Positions 1 through 10,520 of a DNA stretch of 25,374 bases are shown piece by piece; positions within the stretch are counted from its first letter, which is position 1; each line of letters begins with the position of its first letter. Both the position numbers and the translations under genes were made by a program. Below the pieces are notes generated by a model that saw only the letters and a list, made by a program, of their open reading frames with translations, ran no database searches and was not told where the DNA came from. The DNA comes from an uncultured Puniceicoccaceae bacterium (GTDB taxonomy: Bacteria; Verrucomicrobiota; Verrucomicrobiia; Opitutales; Seribacteraceae): the NCBI GenBank assembly GCA_964637065.1, contig CAZWTI010000015.1, positions 1 through 25,374 of the forward strand. The letters are read 5' to 3'.

Positions 1-562
1 AACCGACAAGGAATACGCGTTCTCGCATTTGCGGGACGCCATGATCTTCGGCCTTTATTGTTTTTGGGGTGGGAACGAAATAACCAAGTTCGTTTCGGAG
101 GATGGAAAGAATCGCGTCGAGGGTTTGACCGCCTAGGAGGCTCATGAGACCTTTTACGATTTCTAGAAAAAAGGCCTTTGGATGCTTTATCTTCAGGAAA
201 CGAGCGATGTCGAAGAAAAGTGTGCCGCGGGTATCCTCAAAACCGAGACGGTGGCCTGCCTGCGAGAATGCTTGGCAGGGAAACCCGGCACAGAGCAAAT
301 CGTGAACGGGAACTTCCTTTTCTTCGATTAGGGTGATGTCGCCCAAGGGAATTTCACCGAAGTTGGCTTTATAGGTTTCTTGTGCCCAAGAATCCCATTC
401 GCTTGAAAATACGCACAGCCCACCCAGTTCCTGCAGGGCTAGGCGAAACCCACCGATCCCTGCAAAGAGATCAACGAAAGTGAATCCTGCTTTGCTTTTT
501 TTTGGCAATGGGAAGGGAATTTCACCTCTTTTTCCCCCACCGTCGTAATTGGATTGTTTCAT
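1..562 (-). CDS. DNA (cytosine-5)-methyltransferase, Dcm/M.HpaII-like, 3' end beyond left edge of window
   Basis: Not in the ORF track. Hand translation from ATG 562: MKQSNYDGGGKRGEIPFPLPKKSKAGFTFVDLFAGIGGFRLALQELGGLCVFSSEWDSWAQETYKANFGEIPLGDITLIEEKEVPVHDLLCAGFPCQAFSQAGHRLGFEDTRGTLFFDIARFLKIKHPKAFFLEIVKGLMSLLGGQTLDAILSILRNELGYFVPTPKTIKAEDHGVPQMRERVFLVG, with no stop to position 1. Motif I FAGIGG, motif IV GFPCQ (catalytic Cys at 275-277), motif VI EIV (canonical ENV), motif VIII GVPQxRERVF. ATG overlaps the permease TGA (ATGA, 559-562). Confidence 0.93.
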   Translation of the reverse strand, partial: MKQSNYDGGGKRGEIPFPLPKKSKAGFTFVDLFAGIGGFRLALQELGGLCVFSSEWDSWAQETYKANFGEIPLGDITLIEEKEVPVHDLLCAGFPCQAFSQAGHRLGFEDTRGTLFFDIARFLKIKHPKAFFLEIVKGLMSLLGGQTLDAILSILRNELGYFVPTPKTIKAEDHGVPQMRERVFLVG

Positions 563-1947
563 TCAAGCTTTTTTACGGCATCACGAATTACGGAAACATT
601 CACCAAGATGAAACCTGCTCCGTATATAGCTGCGGCGATGAAGGTCACAGTTGAGAGCCCCGAGTCTATGTTCAGGTCATAGGATTGGGCCTGTCTTAAA
701 AGGAGAGTCTTCAAGAGCCAGGCAGCCAATAGACTTGCTGCAAATACAAAACCAAAGAGTTTCAGAAAACGACGAACGAAAGCGTTGGTTACGGTGTGTC
801 GTTTAAATCCAAGGTGGAGCAAGTTGCGGGCAGGAATTGCGGCTCTCGTTACCACAAGGCGATAGCTTGCCGAGAAGGCCGCCACGGAGAGTGCCGACAG
901 CAGCAAGCCGATGCATGCGACGATTCCGAATGCGGCTTTCGAGGCGTCGTTTAGCAGATCGTGTTCAGGGAGCTCTCGGTTAACTTCATAACTCTGTGAT
1001 CGCAAGTATTTGAGCAAGGCCTCGGTCGGAGATTCATCTACGCGCACAATGAGACGCGACGGCTTCGCCTCCTCTTTGTTTTTCTTGCTAAGCTTGGCCA
1101 GTGGTCGTCGGGCGGAGGGATCGTTTAGGGGAGAGAATTCGGTATCGACTGATGCATTTGCCTCCAGCAAGGCCAACAGAAAATCCCTTGTTCTAGGGGG
1201 ACCCTCCACTTGGCCATCCTTCCAAAGGAAGAAATATTCAGTGACGTTCGGTTGAGCATATTTTTTATTAGCCCAATTGAGAAAACTGGCTGGAACCAGT
1301 ACACTGTTGATACGTCGGCTGAAGGCGACGAACTTGCCATCGTGTGAAACATCACGACGTTTTCCGAGAAAAATCTCTATAGGTATGCCAAGTGCAGCTT
1401 TGGCTGAAAGGGCGGGATACTCGACTCTGGTCGGGGCGAAACCGAAGTTCCAAAGATCGAGATAGAACTTCGGTATGATGAGAGGGACATGGGAGGAATT
1501 TTCGTCCCATTCCCAATTCGAGGGTTTTGCATCGATGAATTCATCCGGCACGGATTCGAAAAAAACATCTGCCTTGGCGGCCTCTCCAAAGCCAACTTTT
1601 CCAGCTGGCCAGATATGGATTTCTACTGGAAATCGATTTCTGATAAAGGCACCCACGGCCTTTACCTCCTGGTGTGCCTTTAGGGCTGTAATTTCTTCGG
1701 ATGAGAACCCTTCGTCATTTTTTCCGAGGTTGGCTAAGGCGCCACCTTCTATTTTTTTGTTTAATGTGAAGAAATTGTGCGGTGGTTCACGCTCCTGTAG
1801 AATTTGTCTAGCATCTACGAAAAACTGTACGGCACCGAGTAGCAAAACCGTGCCCATGAAGCATCCAACGACTGCTATGCTTAGCTCGCCTCGAGGTCCA
1901 CGAACCCCTAGAGCCTTAGCCGTCAGTTGATCGACTGGAACTTTCAT
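559..1947 (-). CDS. FtsX-like ABC transporter permease
   Basis: One N-terminal TM helix, large soluble loop (FFESVPDEFID, VPLIIPKFYLDLWNFGF), three C-terminal hydrophobic segments. Resembles, from memory, the Bacteroidota permeases paired with the adjacent ATPase type. Start placed at ATG 1947 (GGAGG 8 nt upstream, ATGA overlap with the ATPase stop) rather than GTG 1956. Confidence 0.75.
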   Translation of the reverse strand: MKVPVDQLTAKALGVRGPRGELSIAVVGCFMGTVLLLGAVQFFVDARQILQEREPPHNFFTLNKKIEGGALANLGKNDEGFSSEEITALKAHQEVKAVGAFIRNRFPVEIHIWPAGKVGFGEAAKADVFFESVPDEFIDAKPSNWEWDENSSHVPLIIPKFYLDLWNFGFAPTRVEYPALSAKAALGIPIEIFLGKRRDVSHDGKFVAFSRRINSVLVPASFLNWANKKYAQPNVTEYFFLWKDGQVEGPPRTRDFLLALLEANASVDTEFSPLNDPSARRPLAKLSKKNKEEAKPSRLIVRVDESPTEALLKYLRSQSYEVNRELPEHDLLNDASKAAFGIVACIGLLLSALSVAAFSASYRLVVTRAAIPARNLLHLGFKRHTVTNAFVRRFLKLFGFVFAASLLAAWLLKTLLLRQAQSYDLNIDSGLSTVTFIAAAIYGAGFILVNVSVIRDAVKKLE

Positions 1948-2579
1948 AGTTTCCACCTCCGATCGAAGCTTAGGGAGGTGGAGTCACTGAGGGCGGAAAG
2001 TACAAGACCGGCTTGTCGTCGCTCGATTTCTTCTTGGATTAGCTTGCAGGCTCGACGTGTGTTATCATCGTCTAGATGACTGAAGGGTTCGTCTAGGAGG
2101 AGAAGTTCGAAGGAACGGCGTAAAACCCTTATTATTGCTATTCTCTGGCACTGTCCTTGTGAGAGTTTTCCGCAAGGGATATGCATGAATTCCTCAACCC
2201 CTAAGAGCGCGGCCATTTTTTCTGGTGCTTTTGCGTGGGAGTCCTGAGAGGCGATTAATTCAAGGTTTTCTCGTGCTGTAAGGTTTGGGAACAGACGCAG
2301 GTCTTGGAACATTAGAGCAACACGGTTGGATCTCAGTTCAGTCCATTCCTCTTTCCCAAAGTTAGTGGTGTCTCGATCATCCAGCAGCAATTGTCCCGAA
2401 AAATCATCGCGTATTCCGCAGATGAGTTGAAGCAAGGTACTCTTGCCGCGTCCGGAGACGCCCGAAACTAGGTGGCGTTTGCCTGGGTCGAGAATTAGAT
2501 TCGAACGCCATAAGTCGGATTCTTCCGTTGCCTTTTTGGGAATCGGTTCGGGAAGCACGTTATTAAGTTCGATTTTCAT
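1944..2579 (-). CDS. ABC transporter ATP-binding protein
   Basis: Walker A GVSGRGKS, Q-loop MFQDLRLF, signature LSQGQCQR, Walker B/D-loop LLLLDEPFSHLD. ATG 2579 preferred over TTG 2588. Confidence 0.9.
   Translation of the reverse strand: MKIELNNVLPEPIPKKATEESDLWRSNLILDPGKRHLVSGVSGRGKSTLLQLICGIRDDFSGQLLLDDRDTTNFGKEEWTELRSNRVALMFQDLRLFPNLTARENLELIASQDSHAKAPEKMAALLGVEEFMHIPCGKLSQGQCQRIAIIRVLRRSFELLLLDEPFSHLDDDNTRRACKLIQEEIERRQAGLVLSALSDSTSLSFDRRWKL
1956..1960 (-). promoter_or_regulatory. Shine-Dalgarno GGAGG for the permease ATG at 1947
   Basis: Minus strand reads GGAGG-TGGAAACT-ATG. Confidence 0.6.
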
Positions 2580-2589
2580 CAATCCCAAG

Positions 2590-3477
2590 TCACTTGTTCA
2601 ATCCAAGCAGATTCGAGGTGTTCTCGCCGAGGATTTTTTTAAGATTCGAATTGGACAATCCTGAGTTTTGAATCTCTTCGAGAAAGGTCTTGAAATCTGG
2701 GCACTTCAATTTTTCTGGATACAGCCTCAACGGATAGTCCGAACCGTAGAGAACTTTTTCGCAACCTACGATGTCCACAATTGCTCGGAAGACCTTCGGG
2801 TCGTAAAGCAGGGGACTGGCGGCGACATCGTAAAGAATATTGGTTGAGCTTTTGCGGAAATGCTCGTTTAGCTCGTAAAAGGGCAAGAGACCACCCCAAT
2901 GTGCGAGAATCAATTTTAACTCTGGATAAGTTTCGGCTAGCCATTGAAAATCTTCGAAAGGCGTCGGAATTCGACCGGGATGTGGGTGCCCGACTGGTTC
3001 ACTAACGTGAAAATTTATTGGCCAACCTACGTCGATAGCGAACTCCACGATCTCAAGCCAAGCTGGATCCCTAATTGAAAAGCCCTGGACCTTTGGTAGA
3101 ATTTCACCGATTCCATTAAAGCCATTGTCGCGCGCGAACTTTAGCTCTTCGATCGCATGTTTGCCCTCGAGAGGATTTATCGCGGCAAACGCGATAAAAC
3201 GGTCGGGGTCTTTGCTCGTCCATTCGACGTGCCAACGGTTGTGCAAATGGCAAGTTTCAGGATTCTCCCAATACCAACCAAGCAGCAAGGCTTTGTCAAC
3301 TAAGGCGGCATCCATGTCTGCAAGCATGGTTTCTCGATCTGCCCAACCTTGAATGGAAGGTGCATTTGGGGGTGCCACCAAGGCCAACCAATGCTTTTCG
3401 CCATGAATTTTTGCAAAGGCTAAGGGATCCGCGAACACTTCGTGGGGGTAGCGGTGAACGTGAGCGTCTATGATCAT
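2590..3477 (-). CDS. Amidohydrolase_2 family metal-dependent TIM-barrel hydrolase, substrate unknown
   Basis: MIIDAHVH (HxH), NFHV, LAHWGG and GSDYP metal-ligand motifs. Confidence 0.85.
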   Translation of the reverse strand: MIIDAHVHRYPHEVFADPLAFAKIHGEKHWLALVAPPNAPSIQGWADRETMLADMDAALVDKALLLGWYWENPETCHLHNRWHVEWTSKDPDRFIAFAAINPLEGKHAIEELKFARDNGFNGIGEILPKVQGFSIRDPAWLEIVEFAIDVGWPINFHVSEPVGHPHPGRIPTPFEDFQWLAETYPELKLILAHWGGLLPFYELNEHFRKSSTNILYDVAASPLLYDPKVFRAIVDIVGCEKVLYGSDYPLRLYPEKLKCPDFKTFLEEIQNSGLSNSNLKKILGENTSNLLGLNK

Positions 3478-3562
3478 CGCGTTAATCGGTCTCTTCGGTG
3501 GCAGTCCTACTTATTCCGTTTTACCTTGCGGCGCTCGCGTTAGGAGGCCTAACGGAAAAGGT

Positions 3563-5550
<1,988 letters not shown>

Positions 5551-6387
5551 ATGGATCAAGGTATAGGAGGACATTCTGCTGCATTCGCCTCGACGGGTCG
5601 AGTGGATCGCTGGTGGGTGGAACCCGTTGCCACCGGGGCTGGGTTCTTATGTTTCGTCATCTACACCACGTGGGCCATGTTGCAGGCTGGGCACTATTGG
5701 ACGGAAGCATATCTGTCTCCACTCTACTCACCTCTTTTTTACATCAAGCCCGAGGTAGACGGAGCAGCTCCATTGATGCATGCATGGTTCGGAAGTTGGC
5801 CGCAATGGTGGCCTGCATGGCTGCCCCCATCTCCCGCCATATTCATTCTTGCCGGACCCTTGGCCTTTAGGATGACTTGCTACTATTACCGAAAGTTTTA
5901 CTACAGGTCCTACTTTGCCACTCCACCCGCTTGTGCGGTAACTTCTTTGCCTCAAAAGAAGTACAAGGGTGAAACATTCCTTTTTGTTTTCCAGAACATT
6001 CACCGTTATACTCTTTACATTGCCTTAGGTTATATAGTCATTCTTTCCTATGATGCCTTTTTGGCCTTTTTTGAGAATGGCGACGTGGCCAATGGTGAGT
6101 TCGGTGTGGGTGTCGGCACAGTGGTGCTTTGCCTCAATGTCGTTTTGCTTAGTGGATATACGTTTGGATGTCATGCCTTTCGCCATCTAATTGGTGGGCG
6201 AGGTGATTGTTTCAGTTGCTCTGCTGGCCGAGAACACTTGGGGCACAAGGCATGGAAGCAGGTTAGTCGGCTCAATGCACGTCACATGATGTGGGCGTGG
6301 ATAAGCATGATTTGGGTGGGGTTCACGGATTTTTACGTACGCATGGTCTCGATGGGAGTGTTCAGTGATTTCAACACTTGGGATTGA
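5551..6387 (+). CDS. Succinate dehydrogenase membrane anchor, mycobacterial Sdh1/Rv0249c-like (type F)
   Basis: Motifs RMTCYYYRKFYYRS, PPACAV, KGET, QNIHRY, GCHAFRHLIGG and LNARHM match Rv0249c-type anchors as recalled. Multiple TM segments, first gene before sdhA/sdhB. Confidence 0.85.
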   Translation: MDQGIGGHSAAFASTGRVDRWWVEPVATGAGFLCFVIYTTWAMLQAGHYWTEAYLSPLYSPLFYIKPEVDGAAPLMHAWFGSWPQWWPAWLPPSPAIFILAGPLAFRMTCYYYRKFYYRSYFATPPACAVTSLPQKKYKGETFLFVFQNIHRYTLYIALGYIVILSYDAFLAFFENGDVANGEFGVGVGTVVLCLNVVLLSGYTFGCHAFRHLIGGRGDCFSCSAGREHLGHKAWKQVSRLNARHMMWAWISMIWVGFTDFYVRMVSMGVFSDFNTWD

Positions 6388-6399
6388 GGGATTGAACGA

Positions 6400-8235
6400 A
6401 TGAGCATTTCTGACCTTCAGACAATCGAGCACGACGTTCTAGTGGTTGGGGCTGGTGGGGCCGGCATCCGTGCTGCAATTGAGTCTGCGTCCAAGGGATT
6501 GAGCACAGGCTTGCTCTCCAAGTCTCTGCTTGGGAAAGCACACACAGTTATGGCCGAGGGGGGTGTAGCTGCGGCTTTAGGGAATGTAGATTCTCGAGAT
6601 AACTGGAAAATTCATTTTCGCGACACCATGCGCGGGGGCAAATTTCTCAACCAATGGCGCATGGCTCAATTGCATGCCCAACAAGCTCCGGATCGTGTGC
6701 GTGAACTGGAGGAGTGGGGAGCGGTCTTTGACCGTACCGACGAAGGCTTGATCAGCCAACGCAACTTCGGTGGCCATCGCTATCCGAGACTGGCTCACGT
6801 TGGTGATCGAACGGGACTCGAGATCATTCGCACTTTGCAGGATTTTTGCGTCCACCAAGGAATTGCCACCCATATGGAATGTACTGCTCTCGACTTGTTG
6901 CTCGATGGAGACGGCAAGGTGGCTGGCTTGCTTGGTTATTGGAGAGAGACGGGTCGTTTCGTGCTTTTTCGGGCCAAGGCCGTAGTGCTTGCCACAGGTG
7001 GGGGCGGGAAGGCATGGAGGGTGACCTCCAATTCATGGGAGTATACCGGGGATGGCCTGGGGATGGCTTTTCGCGCCGGCGCCGAGATGATAGACATGGA
7101 ATTTACTCAGTTCCATCCCACTGGCATGGTGTGGCCTCCATCGGTACGTGGAATTCTCGTGACGGAAGGCGTTCGTGGTGACGGCGGCATTTTGCTTAAT
7201 AACAAGAACGAACGTTTCATGTTCGATTATATTCCCGAACGTTTCGCTCCCGAGACGGCTGATACCGAGGAGGAGGCTCAAAGTTGGCTGGATGGTGACC
7301 GGGATGCCCGACGTCCGCCCGAATTGCTCACCCGCGACGTTGTGGCTCGAGCCATCACTCGTGAAGTCAAGGAGGGTAGGGGATCACCCAACGGAGGAGT
7401 ATTCCTAGACATTGCATCGCGTCGTCCCGCTGATTTCATTCGTCGCAAGTTGCCCTCCATGTTTCACCAGTTCAAGGAATTGGCGGAAATCGATATTACC
7501 GAAGAGCCCATGGAGGTGGGGCCGACACTTCACTATTTCATGGGCGGTATTCGAGTTGACGACGAAACCCAAGAGACGTGCGTTCCGGGCCTCTTTGCTT
7601 CTGGGGAGTGTGCCGGCGGTATGCATGGAGCCAATAGGTTGGGCGGCAATTCACTTTCAGACCTTTTGGTTTTCGGCAAGTTGTCCGGGGATGGTGCGAT
7701 CGAATATGTCCAAAAGTTAAATTCCTTGCCGTCCGTTGACGAAGCTCAGGTTCAAGAACTCATGCGTCAGGCAACGGCTCCTCTCAATCGCGAGGACGGA
7801 TCTAATCCTTACCTCATTCAAGAAAAACTTCAGCAAATGATGCAACGTTGCGTCGGCATTGTTCGCAATGCCGAAGATTTGCAAAAAGGTCTTGATGAAT
7901 TGGAAGAACTTCGCGAGGAAACCAAGACAGTGAAGGCTCACGCTTCCGCTCAATACAATCCTGGGTGGAACGTTGCCTTGGATTTGCCTAATTTGCTTAT
8001 AACTGCCGAGGCAGTCACCAAGGCTGCCCTCATCCGCGAAGAAAGCCGTGGCGCTCATACCCGAACCGATTTTGAGGGAGAGCGAGACGAATGGTTGAAA
8101 TACAACGTTATCTTAAGTCCTGGCGAGGATGGCGAGGTGGCGGTTCGCAAGGAAGAGCGGGCCGATCCCCCAGAGGATTTGGCGGCCATTGCTAACGCCA
8201 CCCTTGAAGAATTGGAGGCTGATGACGATGTCTGA
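6400..8235 (+). CDS. sdhA: Succinate dehydrogenase/fumarate reductase flavoprotein subunit (Rv0248c-like)
   Basis: VVGAGGAG FAD fold, KAHTVMAEGG flavinylation motif, QFHPTG, TEGVRGDGG, RDVVARAI, HYFMGG, HGANRLGGNSL, ESRGAH. Confidence 0.96.
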   Translation: MSISDLQTIEHDVLVVGAGGAGIRAAIESASKGLSTGLLSKSLLGKAHTVMAEGGVAAALGNVDSRDNWKIHFRDTMRGGKFLNQWRMAQLHAQQAPDRVRELEEWGAVFDRTDEGLISQRNFGGHRYPRLAHVGDRTGLEIIRTLQDFCVHQGIATHMECTALDLLLDGDGKVAGLLGYWRETGRFVLFRAKAVVLATGGGGKAWRVTSNSWEYTGDGLGMAFRAGAEMIDMEFTQFHPTGMVWPPSVRGILVTEGVRGDGGILLNNKNERFMFDYIPERFAPETADTEEEAQSWLDGDRDARRPPELLTRDVVARAITREVKEGRGSPNGGVFLDIASRRPADFIRRKLPSMFHQFKELAEIDITEEPMEVGPTLHYFMGGIRVDDETQETCVPGLFASGECAGGMHGANRLGGNSLSDLLVFGKLSGDGAIEYVQKLNSLPSVDEAQVQELMRQATAPLNREDGSNPYLIQEKLQQMMQRCVGIVRNAEDLQKGLDELEELREETKTVKAHASAQYNPGWNVALDLPNLLITAEAVTKAALIREESRGAHTRTDFEGERDEWLKYNVILSPGEDGEVAVRKEERADPPEDLAAIANATLEELEADDDV

Positions 8236-9007
8236 ACGAAAATTCAAGGTTTGGCGTGGAGACTCTGACGGAGGAGAATTCAAGGAATACTCCGTTGAAC
8301 TCGACCGAGGGATGGTCGTACTCGATGCGCTCCACCTGATACAGGCTCAGCATGCAGGCGACCTTGCCGTCCGCTGGAACTGCAAGGCGGGCAAGTGTGG
8401 TTCTTGCAGCATGGAAATAAACGGGCGACCCCGACTTAGTTGCATGACGCGCATCAATGAGTTCGGCTCCGACGAACTAATCACCGTACGCCCAATCAAG
8501 ACCTTTCCTGTCATCAAGGATCTAGTCACCGATGTTTCCTGGAACTACGACCAGAACAAGCGCATCAAGCCCTTCAAGCCTAAAGAGAAGGATGCCGACG
8601 GCAATCATCGGATGATGCAGCGCGACGTGGAGCGTGTACAGGAGTTCCGCAAGTGTATAGAGTGCTATCTTTGCCAGAATGTCTGCCATGTTTTGCGCGA
8701 TCAAGACCGCAAGGATGACTTCGTTGGCCCTCGTTTCATGATTCGCATAGCATCCTTGGAGATGCACCCCCTTGACGTTGAGGACCGCGTACCCGAAACC
8801 CGCGACGAGTATGGTTCCGGCATGTGCAATATCACCCGTTGCTGTACTGACGTTTGCCCCGAGCACATCCAGATTACTGACAACGGCATTATACCGATGA
8901 AGGAACGAGTAGTGGATCGTTTTTATGATCCCGTCCTTTGGTTGTTTCGTAAGATCATGGGTTCGGACAAGAAGAAATCATCCGTTCCGGTCGTTGATAA
9001 GGACTGA
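8228..9007 (+). CDS. sdhB: Succinate dehydrogenase iron-sulfur subunit (Rv0247c-like)
   Basis: CKAGKCGSC...C [2Fe-2S], CIECYLCQNVC and CNITRCCTDVCP cluster motifs. ATG 8228 overlaps the sdhA stop (8233-8235); the extension to 8129 is not needed. Confidence 0.96.
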   Translation: MSERKFKVWRGDSDGGEFKEYSVELDRGMVVLDALHLIQAQHAGDLAVRWNCKAGKCGSCSMEINGRPRLSCMTRINEFGSDELITVRPIKTFPVIKDLVTDVSWNYDQNKRIKPFKPKEKDADGNHRMMQRDVERVQEFRKCIECYLCQNVCHVLRDQDRKDDFVGPRFMIRIASLEMHPLDVEDRVPETRDEYGSGMCNITRCCTDVCPEHIQITDNGIIPMKERVVDRFYDPVLWLFRKIMGSDKKKSSVPVVDKD

Positions 9008-9089
9008 ACAGTTCAACTAACCTTCCCCCCTTCGTCCGAATCTTGAATAACGTTGCGGGTTGCCGCTCCGTTTGAAAAATCGTCTACAT

Positions 9090-10499
9090 ATGGCTGAAGA
9101 CAAACAGGCAACTTGGGGAGGAAGATTCACGGAAGGTCCATCCGAGTTGATGCATTGGTTTTGCGAGTCGGTTTCCTTTGACAAGCGACTTGCTCGTTTC
9201 GACGTGGCCGGAAGCAAGGCTCACTCCACCATGCTTGCCAAGCTCGGTTTGCTCACTGAGGAGGAATGTTCTGCCATTCATGTGGGTCTGGACGAATTGT
9301 TGACTGAAATCGACGAAGGTTCTTTCAATTGGGACGCATCCCTTGAGGATGTGCACATGAACCTCGAGCATGCCCTTCTCGAAAAGACTCCTGCCGCTGC
9401 CAAGCTTCACGCAGGCAGAAGTCGTAACGATCAAGTTGCAACAGACATGCGGCTATTCTTCAAGGATGCCTGCGGCAAGTTGGAAGAGACGATCGAGACC
9501 GTTATGAAAGCACTGCTGGTTCAAGCAAAGGTTCATGCGACTGTTCCTATACCTGGTTACACTCACCTCCAGCGGGCCCAACCTGTCACTGTCGGTCATC
9601 ATTTCCTCGCCCACCTCGAAGCCTTTGCTCGTGATCTGCTTCGTTTCTCCGAGGTTTCGGATCACGCTAATGTCTGCCCTCTGGGTTCCGGAGCAATCGC
9701 GGGAAGCACGTTGCCTCTAGATCGAGAACTCGTTGCTCGCGAGCTTGGATTCGTGGATGAAGACGGCAAACCTCGACTCACTGCCAATAGCATGGACGCA
9801 GTGGCAGATCGTGATCTTTTCGTAGAATTCGCGTCAGCGTGCGCCATCTGTGGGCTGCATGTTTCACGTTTGGCCGAGGATCTTATCCTATGGAATTCAA
9901 GCGAGTTCGGTTTTGTCGTTCTGCCGGATGCTTTTACCACGGGTTCGTCGCTCATGCCTCAGAAGAAGAACCCCGATGCCCTGGAATTGCTGCGGGGCAA
10001 GACAGGGCGACTCGTTGGCAACCTCCAAGCACTTTTCGTTGCCATCAAGGGTCTGCCTCTTACCTACAACAGAGACCTGCAGGAGGACAAGCCGCCGGTC
10101 TTTGATTCCTTCGACCAACTTGGCATGGGACTCGCCGTTCTTGCGGGTACGGTTGCCGGCTTGGAGATCAATGAGGGTCGCTGTCGAGAGGCAGCTTCCG
10201 ATCCCTTGTTGCTCGCTACCGACTTGGCGGATCATCTGGTTGAAAATGGTGTTCCTTTCCGTGAGGCTCATCATGCCGTTGGCGCCTTGGTTGCCTGTGC
10301 GGAGAAGGCAGGCGTGAGTTTGCCCGAATTGACTAATGATCAGGCGCATTCGGCTCACGAGGCCTGTTTAAGCCTTGGTTCGGATTGGCGTGAGGTTTTT
10401 GACTTGGATCGTGCCTTTTCCCGACGGGATAAGCCCGGTATGCCCGGGCCAAAGCAAGTCGCTTCGCGCATCTCTCACTGGGAAAACCTTCTGAGTTGA
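9090..10499 (+). CDS. argH: Argininosuccinate lyase
   Basis: [53 protein letters not shown] 9090 preferred over TTG 9060. Confidence 0.98.
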   Translation: MAEDKQATWGGRFTEGPSELMHWFCESVSFDKRLARFDVAGSKAHSTMLAKLGLLTEEECSAIHVGLDELLTEIDEGSFNWDASLEDVHMNLEHALLEKTPAAAKLHAGRSRNDQVATDMRLFFKDACGKLEETIETVMKALLVQAKVHATVPIPGYTHLQRAQPVTVGHHFLAHLEAFARDLLRFSEVSDHANVCPLGSGAIAGSTLPLDRELVARELGFVDEDGKPRLTANSMDAVADRDLFVEFASACAICGLHVSRLAEDLILWNSSEFGFVVLPDAFTTGSSLMPQKKNPDALELLRGKTGRLVGNLQALFVAIKGLPLTYNRDLQEDKPPVFDSFDQLGMGLAVLAGTVAGLEINEGRCREAASDPLLLATDLADHLVENGVPFREAHHAVGALVACAEKAGVSLPELTNDQAHSAHEACLSLGSDWREVFDLDRAFSRRDKPGMPGPKQVASRISHWENLLS

Positions 10500-10520
10500 A
10501 ACTTGAGGGGTTACAATCAT

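Noticed and set aside
496-503. A8 tract near the 5' end of the methyltransferase as a phase-variation switch
   Set aside because: Only 8 nt; equal T8 runs occur elsewhere (3764-3771, 21853-21860) and the frame is intact.
3538-3554. Hairpin CGTTAGG-AGG-CCTAACG just after the pyrG stop as a terminator
   Set aside because: 7-bp stem, 3-nt loop, and no U-tract following it on the minus strand.
5551-6387. Calling the anchor a cytochrome b556/b558 SdhC
   Set aside because: Motifs match the Rv0249c-type anchor rather than heme-b SdhC, so no gene symbol was given.
8129-8227. N-terminal extension of sdhB
   Set aside because: Overlaps sdhA by over 100 nt; homology begins at MSERKFKVWRGD (ATG 8228).
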